A DNA stretch of 64,000 bases from a virus, in IMG/VR virus record IMGVR_UViG_3300032829_000008, positions 2,579 to 66,578 of that record; one strand, given 5' to 3'. The position numbers and the translations under genes were made by a program. Under the pieces are notes generated by a model. That model searched no databases, was not told the DNA's origin, and saw only the letters and a program-made list of their open reading frames with translations. Each line of letters opens with the position of its first letter. The first letter of the stretch is position 1. This document shows, piece by piece, positions 10,272 to 18,597 of this stretch.

Positions 10272-10823
10272 ATGCCTCTACTCTACACAGGATCGCCAGA
10301 CATCGTGGACGAGCTGCAGCGCGTCTATCAAGGCGCCGTGCCGCAGGACGTCGCACAGATGGACGAGCGCGTGGCGCTGGCGGAGGTCATGGCGCTGGCG
10401 GAGGGCGCCGTTGCCGGATGGGCGCGCGAGGTGCGTCCCAGCACCGCGCACGGCGCGTACCTGGAGTTCCTCGCCCTGGGCGAGGGTCTATTCCGTCAAG
10501 GTGACGAGGCCGATATCAGTTTGCGCACGCGCATGGCCACTCCACCGTTGGCCATCACCCCCACCGACATCCTGACCGCGCTGCAGCAGATTGTCGATGC
10601 CAACGGCGGAGGCACCGTGTACCTGCAGGAGCTGCCGCGCGACAGCCTCTATCTTAACCGGCAGCGTTGCCTCAACCGCGGTTGGCGGGTGGGCAGCGCG
10701 GGGCACGCGCACATGGTAATCGCCCTAATTCCGGCCAGCGCCGACTGCCGCACGGCGTGTCTGGACGCGCTGCGGACCAAGCGAGCCGCCGGTAAGAACT
10801 ACTCGGTGGAGGAGTACGCATGA
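10272..10823 (+). CDS. Baseplate wedge / tail protein I-like
   Basis: TA.G.YL..LA...GL.R..E.D..LR.R motif following baseplate J. Confidence 0.65.
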   Translation: MPLLYTGSPDIVDELQRVYQGAVPQDVAQMDERVALAEVMALAEGAVAGWAREVRPSTAHGAYLEFLALGEGLFRQGDEADISLRTRMATPPLAITPTDILTALQQIVDANGGGTVYLQELPRDSLYLNRQRCLNRGWRVGSAGHAHMVIALIPASADCRTACLDALRTKRAAGKNYSVEEYA

Positions 10824-12043
10824 CGACCGACATCTATCCGCGCGTGCTGTTCAACGATGGCGAGGAGGCCACACTACAGGACCTCAATGCGATCTCTGCG
10901 CGCACACTGGCCGATATCTACGACCGCATCGAGCGGGCCTGCATCCCAGTGACGACCGATGGCTCCCTGAGCGCGCAAAATCCGGCGTACTCCAATGCGT
11001 ACGACGCCACCATCAGTCCGTACGCGTTTGCTCTGACGCCCTCGGCCGCGCGTCCCATTCAAGGTAGCGCCAACAACAAAGTCAAGATCAGCAAGGGCAC
11101 GCTGCTGCAGGCGCTCGCCGCAGAGAGCGGAGCCGAGGCTCAGCTGGTACCATTCACCTTCACTGGGACGGACGAGGTCAGCATCGCCAACGGCGACCCA
11201 GCCAACCCTCGAATCGACATCGTGCAGATGGCGCTCTCCTATGTGGAGGACACACCCACCTCGGTCGCGTTCCAGGCGGTCGTGGGTGGTGTCGTCACGG
11301 CCACCAATTATAACAAGCGGCGTCGCATCCAGTGCACGCTCTCAGTCAAGCAGGGCACTCCAGCCGCCTCGCCCACGTATCCTCTGCCCGACGCAAGCAA
11401 CGTGATGATTTGCGGCGTGTTGGTGGGCACCAACTACGCCGCTGCCGCAGGCTTCAAGACCGAGGACACTGCCGGTGCGGTGGCCGTACTGCACGACCAG
11501 CGCGTGCCGGTGGGGTTCCTCGCACCGGTGGTGCAACCGCCCGACTTTGCCAGCACACTAGTCAACTGGACGGCCTTCACGGATCGCATCACTGCCACTG
11601 GCGCGGGTGCGGACATCTTCGTCAAGTACCCCTCGTTGGACATCGCGCGGCTGCTTGGTGTATCCGTGCTCATCAAGGACCCGGCGGCCCTGACCACGCG
11701 CATGGTCAAGTACAGCATTGGTGATAACGGTGCGGGCGCGGTACTGGTCGCGAGCACCGTACTCAACAACGCCAACGTGGGTGGCTCGGGTGCAGCCCAA
11801 CACGCCAATCGATTCAGTCCCATGAACGCCATGACCCACGTGCCAGCCGCGGGGCCCACGGTGACCACCAACGCCAAGGGAGTGACTGCGCCCATGTGGA
11901 GCAGTGGGCGCCGCGTGCCATTCGATATCATCGCCAATGGCGTATTCCCCCAGGCATTCGAGTCCCTCGCGTTCTTGTTGACCGGCGCGCCCAACAACAC
12001 GGCCATCGGCCCGGTTACCTTCTACATGGCGGGTGGTCTGTGA
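10820..12043 (+). CDS. Tail fibre / baseplate-attached protein
   Basis: ANPRIDIV and GTPAASPTYP motifs typical of fibre N-terminal anchor regions. Confidence 0.6.
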   Translation: MTTDIYPRVLFNDGEEATLQDLNAISARTLADIYDRIERACIPVTTDGSLSAQNPAYSNAYDATISPYAFALTPSAARPIQGSANNKVKISKGTLLQALAAESGAEAQLVPFTFTGTDEVSIANGDPANPRIDIVQMALSYVEDTPTSVAFQAVVGGVVTATNYNKRRRIQCTLSVKQGTPAASPTYPLPDASNVMICGVLVGTNYAAAAGFKTEDTAGAVAVLHDQRVPVGFLAPVVQPPDFASTLVNWTAFTDRITATGAGADIFVKYPSLDIARLLGVSVLIKDPAALTTRMVKYSIGDNGAGAVLVASTVLNNANVGGSGAAQHANRFSPMNAMTHVPAAGPTVTTNAKGVTAPMWSSGRRVPFDIIANGVFPQAFESLAFLLTGAPNNTAIGPVTFYMAGGL

Positions 12044-12312
12044 GCCTCGTCGGCGGTCTTCTTGGCGGGGAAGTCGGCGGCCTACTGGGAGGCCTGAGCA
12101 CACCCACGCCTCCACCGACATATCCGACGTATGTCGCTCCGCTGTACTGCACCGTGCAACGCGGGGGCCTGCAGGCCACCGTGGTGGCTCCCCAGATTGC
12201 ACCGCCGTACCGCAGCCAGGTGCAGGTCGTTCCACAGATGCGCGGTCTGGTGGTGGACATCCAGTACGGTGGGTACAGCGCCATTGTCGAAGTTCAGGAG
12301 GCAGGTCAATGA
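12040..12312 (+). CDS. Hypothetical protein
   Basis: GTG overlaps upstream stop; stop overlaps next ATG. Confidence 0.45.
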   Translation: MSLVGGLLGGEVGGLLGGLSTPTPPPTYPTYVAPLYCTVQRGGLQATVVAPQIAPPYRSQVQVVPQMRGLVVDIQYGGYSAIVEVQEAGQ

Positions 12313-12674
12313 TCACCACGATGGCACTAACGTGCGTGCGCGGGCAGACGCTACCACTGGTGGCGACCGTGCGCGACTACAAGAACCAGCTGGTGGATCT
12401 CACGGGCGCCACGTGCTACCTCACGGTGCGCACGGATGAGAAGGCGGCCGCAGCGCTCATTGCACTGCAGACGGGCAGTGGCATCGTGTTGGCCGACCAG
12501 ACCGGCGCGCTCAAGGGCCAGTTCACCGCGACCATTTTACCCACGCAGACCCTGAGTCTCGAGGTAGGCGACTACGTGTGGGACATGTGGGTGGTAGATG
12601 CCACCGGAAACAAGTATCCAGTGATCGCCACCAGCAGATTCACGCTGCTGCACCAGGTGACCACCCCGGCGTAA
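12309..12674 (+). CDS. BppU-like Ig-fold tail accessory protein
   Basis: RGQT, VDLTGAT, G.Y.WD motifs. Confidence 0.6.
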   Translation: MITTMALTCVRGQTLPLVATVRDYKNQLVDLTGATCYLTVRTDEKAAAALIALQTGSGIVLADQTGALKGQFTATILPTQTLSLEVGDYVWDMWVVDATGNKYPVIATSRFTLLHQVTTPA

Positions 12675-12684
12675 GGAGAAGAAT

Positions 12685-13077
12685 ATGAGGCAAGCACCTG
12701 GAACACAACTCACGCTGCCGGTGATCAACGTGCAGCCCGACATCAACACCGTTGGCCTGGACATGACCATGTTCTTAGCCGCCATGAAGGTGTGGAAATA
12801 CGCGCTATACGCGCAGCTCACTGGGGGCACCAGCTGCGAGCTGTGGCTGTATGTGCGCCGCGCCAACGACGACAAGTGGCACCTAGTGTGCGATGTCAAC
12901 AACGTTGGCAAGCTGGGCGGTGGTGTGTTGCCCACCGGTGAGAACTACGTCTTCGTGGTGGAGGAGCTGGGCATCTTCGACTCGGTCGTCGTGCGACGCG
13001 CCAACGATACTGGCGGGGTCACCGTGAACTGCCAGCTGCAGGAGTTTGTCGAGAACAACTTCGTCAAGGGGGACTGA
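12685..13077 (+). CDS. Hypothetical protein
   Basis: Strong RBS TAAGGAG, in operon. Confidence 0.55.
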   Translation: MRQAPGTQLTLPVINVQPDINTVGLDMTMFLAAMKVWKYALYAQLTGGTSCELWLYVRRANDDKWHLVCDVNNVGKLGGGVLPTGENYVFVVEELGIFDSVVVRRANDTGGVTVNCQLQEFVENNFVKGD

Positions 13078-13079
13078 GC

Positions 13080-14087
13080 ATGTTCACCAAGAAGCAATGG
13101 ATGCTCGCACTGCTGATGGCCACGGTCGCCGCGGCGTGGGCGATCCTGATCGCTAGGTGGCTGACACCAGAGCCTTCCATGCGCGGTGGTTTTCTTGGTG
13201 GGGGCGCGGTCATCGGCACGGGTGGAGGGGGTGGTGCCAGCATCACCCCCAACACGTGCACCAATGGTCAGGTACTGGGCGCCATCGCGGGCAACGGCAC
13301 CAGCACATGCGTGACGCAGAACGATAACAACTACGGCGGTACTCACTTCGAGTGGGTGGACGACTGGCTGATGAACTCCTGCAGCCTGGGCACCAACGGC
13401 ACGTGCGGCAGTGCCTACAACGCGGTGTTCGCCGGTACGGGTGCCACGGTGCTGAGCACCGGCACCACTGGGCGCCCCGGTATCCTGCAATTGCAGGTTG
13501 GCACCACGACCACTGGCGCAGCCGGATTCCAGACCTCGCCAACCGCGATCGATTTCGGCTCTGGGAGTTGGACGTTCGAGATCGTTATCGGCGCGGAGGC
13601 ACTCAGCAACGTTACCGACGAATACAGCCTCATCGCTGGATTTGGCGACACTGCTGGCGTCAACCAGGTGGATGGCTGCTACTTCCTTTATGACCGCGGC
13701 AACGTCGCCACCAGCGGACCAAACACCGGTAACGCGGACGTCTGGGAATGCTGGTGCGCGGCCAACAGCGCGCGCACCACGTTCCGGATGAACGGCAGCG
13801 ATGTCAGCAACGAGAGTTTCACCACGGTCAACCAGCCGGTGGCCGCGGTATCGCTGCCCAACACCAACATCTTTCATCTCAAGTTGGTGATGACCGGCAC
13901 CACGCGCGCCGAGTTCTTCGTCAACGGCACCAAGAGCTGCGATATCAACACCAACATCCCCAGCGGCGCGTCCCGCTTGACGGGCGTGCAGGTGCGCGCC
14001 ACTAAGAGTGCTGGCACCACCAGTCGCAACGTGGATATCGATTGGAGTAGGCTGGCAGTGGACCTGACGGGGGCCCGCTCGCCGTGA
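13080..14087 (+). CDS. Putative lectin-like/fibre protein with N-terminal hydrophobic signal or TM segment
   Basis: N-term KKQWMLALLMATVAAAWAILIA; beta-sandwich-like C-term (EFFVNG...NIP...DIDW). Confidence 0.5.
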   Translation: MFTKKQWMLALLMATVAAAWAILIARWLTPEPSMRGGFLGGGAVIGTGGGGGASITPNTCTNGQVLGAIAGNGTSTCVTQNDNNYGGTHFEWVDDWLMNSCSLGTNGTCGSAYNAVFAGTGATVLSTGTTGRPGILQLQVGTTTTGAAGFQTSPTAIDFGSGSWTFEIVIGAEALSNVTDEYSLIAGFGDTAGVNQVDGCYFLYDRGNVATSGPNTGNADVWECWCAANSARTTFRMNGSDVSNESFTTVNQPVAAVSLPNTNIFHLKLVMTGTTRAEFFVNGTKSCDINTNIPSGASRLTGVQVRATKSAGTTSRNVDIDWSRLAVDLTGARSP

Positions 14088-15538
14088 ACATCCTGACGCC
14101 AGACGAGCGCCGCACCAAGCTGGCCATCTACGGGCCCAGCCAGTCCAACGGCGTGGGTTTGCTGACCGCCGCCAATCAGGTGGTGTACCCGGCAAATCTC
14201 ACACAGGCGTTCCCAGCGGTGTTGTGGCAAGACCACGTCGCCTACGCCATCGGGGATCCCCCGGTGTACCACGACGAGGGTCCCCGCTCGCTGAGTCCCC
14301 GGAGCAGCGGCAGTGGCAGCTACACCGCGGGCATGGGAACCAGCGCGCTCACGGCGCTGCGCGAGTTGACGTTCCGCACGCGGTGGCGGTGGCGCGGCGG
14401 TCAGTTTGCGGTGGACGGCAGCGGCCTGGAGGATAACTGGCTGGCCAACTGGCCCAGCAACGGTCCGCCCTACGCCATGGCGCAGTTCATCGCGTACGTG
14501 CAGGGTCTCATGGCCACGTACGGCATCGCGCACTCGTCGGACGTGGTCTTCCTCATCCACAACGGCGAGCATGACAGCGGCCAGAGCCCCGACGCCGCGG
14601 ACATGCTCAATAACATGCTGAGCCTGGCATCAATCCTCACGGCAGCCTTCCCGGGGTGCTACTTCGTGGTGGGGCGCCTGCACTCGGGTTTCAGCAACAA
14701 CGCCACGGTGCGCGCTGCGCACGAGGCCTTCGTCGCGCTGACACCGCGCGCCGGCATCCTCTACATCGATCACCTACCCCTGCGCGACGGCACGCACCTC
14801 ACCGATGACGGATTTGCCTCGCGCGGCGTGCTGGAGGCCAACACCGTCATCAAATTGATGACCAACGTGCCACCCACCAATCCGTGGTACGTGGCGGCCA
14901 GTGCGCCGGTGGTGGGCACCAGCGCCCAGGGCGTGACCATCCTGATGCCTCCGCATCAGACCAACGACGTCATCGTCAGTGTGCTGAGCGCCCTGGGCAA
15001 CGTCAATTACCCGTTCAATCCGGCCAACAACTTCGTCGAGGTCAGCGGCAGCCCCCAGCACGACAGCAGCAGTACGCTCAACGCGCGGTTGCACGTGGGC
15101 CAGGTGCGCGCCACATCCAACAACATGCCCGCGATGACGTTCCAGGATGTCAGCGGAGACGACGCCAAGATCGGATTGGGCATCTGCTTCCGCGGCTGCC
15201 GCACCACCGGCAATCCCATCGAAGCCAGCGCGGGTGCCGTGGCCGCCAGCAGCACCAACGTCACGTTTCCCGCCGTGACCACGCTGACCGATAACGCCCT
15301 AGTGGTCAACATCCTGGCTGCGCGCATCGATAGCAATAGTCGCCAGGCCAGCGGATTCGTCAATCCCGACCTGACCGATCTCACGGAGCACGTCAACCAG
15401 TACACCAACGCCAGTTTAGGCTACGGCATCACCGTGTGCGTCGGCCGCAAAAAGACGCACGGCGCCGTGCGCGGCACCACCTGCACGCTGGCCACTGCCG
15501 GCACGCAGGCCATGTTGACGCTGGTGTTGGCCCCGTAG
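14084..15538 (+). CDS. SGNH/SASA-type carbohydrate esterase fused to a structural domain (tail-associated)
   Basis: GPSQSN (block I), HNGEHDS (QGESD-like), DGTHL (DxxH). Confidence 0.6.
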   Translation: MNILTPDERRTKLAIYGPSQSNGVGLLTAANQVVYPANLTQAFPAVLWQDHVAYAIGDPPVYHDEGPRSLSPRSSGSGSYTAGMGTSALTALRELTFRTRWRWRGGQFAVDGSGLEDNWLANWPSNGPPYAMAQFIAYVQGLMATYGIAHSSDVVFLIHNGEHDSGQSPDAADMLNNMLSLASILTAAFPGCYFVVGRLHSGFSNNATVRAAHEAFVALTPRAGILYIDHLPLRDGTHLTDDGFASRGVLEANTVIKLMTNVPPTNPWYVAASAPVVGTSAQGVTILMPPHQTNDVIVSVLSALGNVNYPFNPANNFVEVSGSPQHDSSSTLNARLHVGQVRATSNNMPAMTFQDVSGDDAKIGLGICFRGCRTTGNPIEASAGAVAASSTNVTFPAVTTLTDNALVVNILAARIDSNSRQASGFVNPDLTDLTEHVNQYTNASLGYGITVCVGRKKTHGAVRGTTCTLATAGTQAMLTLVLAP

Positions 15539-15547
15539 GAGAAGATC

Positions 15548-16126
15548 ATGCAAACCATCAAGCAGGGTGAGAACGTAGCAGGTCGCAAGCTGGTGTGGTT
15601 CACGCTGGTCGACACCGGCCTGGAGAATCGGCTGGATGCCAGCGGCTACACATTCACCGTGCGCGTCGTCAAGTCGGACGGAACCTCGGGCGCGGGTGGC
15701 GGCAGCGGAGGCATCGGCAACAGCGGCGTGTTCCAACCCGACGTGACCAACGCGCAGGGTCTGTGCTACTACGTACCGAGCGTCGGCGACCTCGACACCA
15801 TCGGCGCCATGGCCATTCGCATCAGCGCGGCGGGCGCGGCCACGGTGGAGGTCCGCGAGATCCCTCTGGAGGTCGTCCCATGGGATCCGTACGATCCTCA
15901 GCTGGGGGTGCTGAGCGCTATCATCGGAAAGAACCCCGTGGACACCGTCACCGACGTCACTCTATTGCAAGCGCTGCGCGTGCTGGTGGCAGCCATCACC
16001 TCCAAGGGTGTGCTGCCCCAGAGCGGCAACTTCAACGTGCGCGACGGCGCGGATACCAAGAATCGCCTGGCGGGCAGTATCGACGGTGCCGGCAACCGGA
16101 CCATCACCACGTTCGACGGAGGGTGA
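15548..16126 (+). CDS. Hypothetical virion protein
   Basis: C-term RD.ADTKNRL...D..GNRT motif of phage tail proteins. Confidence 0.5.
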   Translation: MQTIKQGENVAGRKLVWFTLVDTGLENRLDASGYTFTVRVVKSDGTSGAGGGSGGIGNSGVFQPDVTNAQGLCYYVPSVGDLDTIGAMAIRISAAGAATVEVREIPLEVVPWDPYDPQLGVLSAIIGKNPVDTVTDVTLLQALRVLVAAITSKGVLPQSGNFNVRDGADTKNRLAGSIDGAGNRTITTFDGG

Positions 16127-16127
16127 C

Positions 16128-16667
16128 ATGCCGCAAGACGACGATAAGAAGGTTTGGATGACCCAGGAGGAGCGTGACCTGCAGGCCCTGCAGCGCCAGC
16201 GAGACGCGCGCGTGCCACCGGAGCATGGTGACGAGATCACCATGCCCACCAACGTCCACGCGTTGGAGCGCTATCACAACGACCCGGCCTACCGCGAACT
16301 GTGGGACTACGCCCACGCCTGGAAACATGCCGCGCAGCACGGGCTGCACGTCATCGGTGACGCCGCGCTGGCCGCGCACGCTGCGCCGGCTGCCGAGCTG
16401 GAGGAGCGGGTGCGCAAGCTGGAGGACCAGGGCCACCACGACGCAGCCACACTCAGGCTGGTCAAGTGGGTGGGCAGCACGGTCGCCGTGATCTGCCTCA
16501 CCAGTGCCCTGGTCGTGGCCGGCAAGATCTTCAGCTGGGGCGTGAGCACCGGAGAGACCGAGGTCCGCCTGAATCGGCTGGAGCACGATGTGCAGCAGCT
16601 TTTCGATCGCCAGCAGAGCCATCCGATGTGGCCTGCGGCGCAACCACCAAAGGGAGCGACGCCATGA
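16128..16667 (+). CDS. Membrane protein with coiled coils (holin/spanin-like candidate)
   Basis: One TM (VGSTVAVICLTSALVVAG) flanked by heptad segments. Confidence 0.45.
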   Translation: MPQDDDKKVWMTQEERDLQALQRQRDARVPPEHGDEITMPTNVHALERYHNDPAYRELWDYAHAWKHAAQHGLHVIGDAALAAHAAPAAELEERVRKLEDQGHHDAATLRLVKWVGSTVAVICLTSALVVAGKIFSWGVSTGETEVRLNRLEHDVQQLFDRQQSHPMWPAAQPPKGATP

Positions 16668-17515
16668 CTCAGAAGACCAAGAAGATGTTCATCCACGCCG
16701 GACTGCTCGCGCTGGCGAGCGCAGCATTCGCACTACTGCTGTGGCTCATCGGCTACGTGGGACGCGCGCACGCTGCCACGGGGCTCAATCCCGACGATCC
16801 GGTGGGTGCGCTGACCGCGCTGTACACGTTCATCCGCACGGGCGCGGGCACCGCTGCCGTGGGCTGCGGGATGGTGGCGCTGGTGTGGGCACTGCGCAAC
16901 CTGCCCTTCGACGCGTGGAAGAAGTGGTCCACAACGCCGCTGGGCGGATACGTGTTGGCCTACGGCACGGCACTGCTGACGTATGTGGGCACGGCGCTGG
17001 GCAGTGGCAATCCGTTCACCGCCTCCATGCTGCTCAACGCCCTGGGCGCCGCGCTACTCGCTGCCGGCGGGTGGGAGCATCTGCGCGACATTCTCACCGC
17101 CGTCAAGAAGACGCCCCCACCGATGGCGGGTGCTGCGATCGTTCTACTGCTGTTCTCCTGCAGCGGCTGCCCGGGCGTCACGGACAGCAAACCGGCAGCG
17201 GACGTCATCGACTGCACCAAGGCGGACGAGGCCAAGCTGGAGCAGCTGGCCCTGCAGCTGGGCTGCACGTGGGTGGGCGGCAGCATCAGCGCATGCGATA
17301 GCTTCAAGGCGGACTGGGGCACCGTGGAAGCCGCCGCGGAGGCCGCTGGTGTGGAAATTGGTGGCTGCGTGTTGGCGTCCATTGTCCAGCAGTATCTCGC
17401 CAAGCCCCAGGCCAAGCCCGTAGATCAGACGTGGCTGGCGCACGACGCACTGGAACACTTCCGCACCGTCAAGGCCAAGGGAGCAACGTTCCACACCGCG
17501 CAGGGCGACCTGTGA
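16664..17515 (+). CDS. Multi-TM membrane protein (holin-like) with internal lipobox-like segment
   Basis: About 4 TM helices, then AAIVLLLFSCSGC and a soluble C-terminus. Confidence 0.5.
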   Translation: MTQKTKKMFIHAGLLALASAAFALLLWLIGYVGRAHAATGLNPDDPVGALTALYTFIRTGAGTAAVGCGMVALVWALRNLPFDAWKKWSTTPLGGYVLAYGTALLTYVGTALGSGNPFTASMLLNALGAALLAAGGWEHLRDILTAVKKTPPPMAGAAIVLLLFSCSGCPGVTDSKPAADVIDCTKADEAKLEQLALQLGCTWVGGSISACDSFKADWGTVEAAAEAAGVEIGGCVLASIVQQYLAKPQAKPVDQTWLAHDALEHFRTVKAKGATFHTAQGDL

Positions 17516-18252
17516 GGCTGGGCCGGCTACCCAGCAAGCCAGATGCGCGCACCGCGCGCATGGTGGACTTCGTCGCGCTCTCGACGCTGCCCGCCAGCCC
17601 ACCCGCGCGCGACTGGACCAATCGACTGCCTGCCGACCTGGGCATGATGCGCAATGATCAGGTAGGTGACTGCGCCTATGCCAGTGCTGCGCACATGGTG
17701 CAGGTGTGGTCAAGTCAGCGCGGACAGACGGTCACCATCCCCGATGACGATGTGGTGGCTGCCTACAGCGCCGGCACCGGATACGACCCGCGCGACCCTA
17801 GCACGGATAAGGGTGCCTCCATGCTGGACGTGTGCAAGCAGTGGCGCACCGCGGGCATCGGTGGACACCGCATCGGTGCGTTCGTCAAGGTGGACCCCCG
17901 GGACCAGGAGCACGTGCGCGCGGCGGTCAGCCTATTCGGCGCGGTGTACGTGGGATGCAACCTGCCCCTGCGTGCACAGGACCAGCGCGGGGCGCTGTGG
18001 GAGCCCCTAGGCACCGGTGGCTTCGATGCTGCCGGCAGCTGGGGTGGCCACGCCGTGGCCTGCGCTGCGTACGACCACCGAGGCCCGCAGCTGCTGACGT
18101 GGGGCGCTCGACAGGCCGCCACCTGGGATTGGTGGGCCGCCTACGTCGACGAGGCCTACGCGTGTCTGAGCGCCGAGTGGGTGACCGGTGCCGCACCCGC
18201 GCCCAGTGGCGTGGACGTGGCGGGGCTCCAGGATTACCTGGCTCGGCTGTAG
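17512..18252 (+). CDS. Papain-like (C1) cysteine peptidase
   Basis: NDQVGDCA (Gln/Cys), GGHAV (His), LLTWG. Confidence 0.75.
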   Translation: MRLGRLPSKPDARTARMVDFVALSTLPASPPARDWTNRLPADLGMMRNDQVGDCAYASAAHMVQVWSSQRGQTVTIPDDDVVAAYSAGTGYDPRDPSTDKGASMLDVCKQWRTAGIGGHRIGAFVKVDPRDQEHVRAAVSLFGAVYVGCNLPLRAQDQRGALWEPLGTGGFDAAGSWGGHAVACAAYDHRGPQLLTWGARQAATWDWWAAYVDEAYACLSAEWVTGAAPAPSGVDVAGLQDYLARL

Positions 18253-18302
18253 CAACCCCCAGGCCATACTCTACCTCCTCCATGAGATGCGGAGGTAAAG
18301 CG

Positions 18303-18477
18303 GCCGAATTCGCCAACCGCGGCGCGGGGTTGCTCTACATGCACCACTTACTCCCCGCTTTGCGCAGTTGCGCAGGCCCGCGGAGGTAGCTCCACCGGCA
18401 CCCCTAGTATCTATACCCCCTTATTTAGTAAAGGGGGTAGAGTAAGTCAAGCAAGCTGACGCAATGCCTACGGAATT
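18303..18477. repeat. Copy 1 of ~175-bp diverged direct repeat (non-coding, structured)
   Basis: Colinear with 52528-52701; identical blocks GCCGAATTCGC, GCGCGGGGTTGCT, AGGCCCGCGG, TTTAGTAAAGGGGGT, AGTAAGTCAAGCAA. Confidence 0.9.
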
Positions 18478-18597
18478 CGGTACTCCCCTTCTCCGTTGAC
18501 ATAGTGCGTCATTTGAGCAAGTAGTGCAAGGCTTGCGCCCCGACGCCCGGGCGTGGCACCTGTTAGTGCGGCACCCGCCTAGAAAGAGGAGGCACGC

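Noticed and set aside
18496-18525. Perfect TTGACA -35 box
   Set aside because: No convincing -10 hexamer at 16-18 bp, so not called as a promoter
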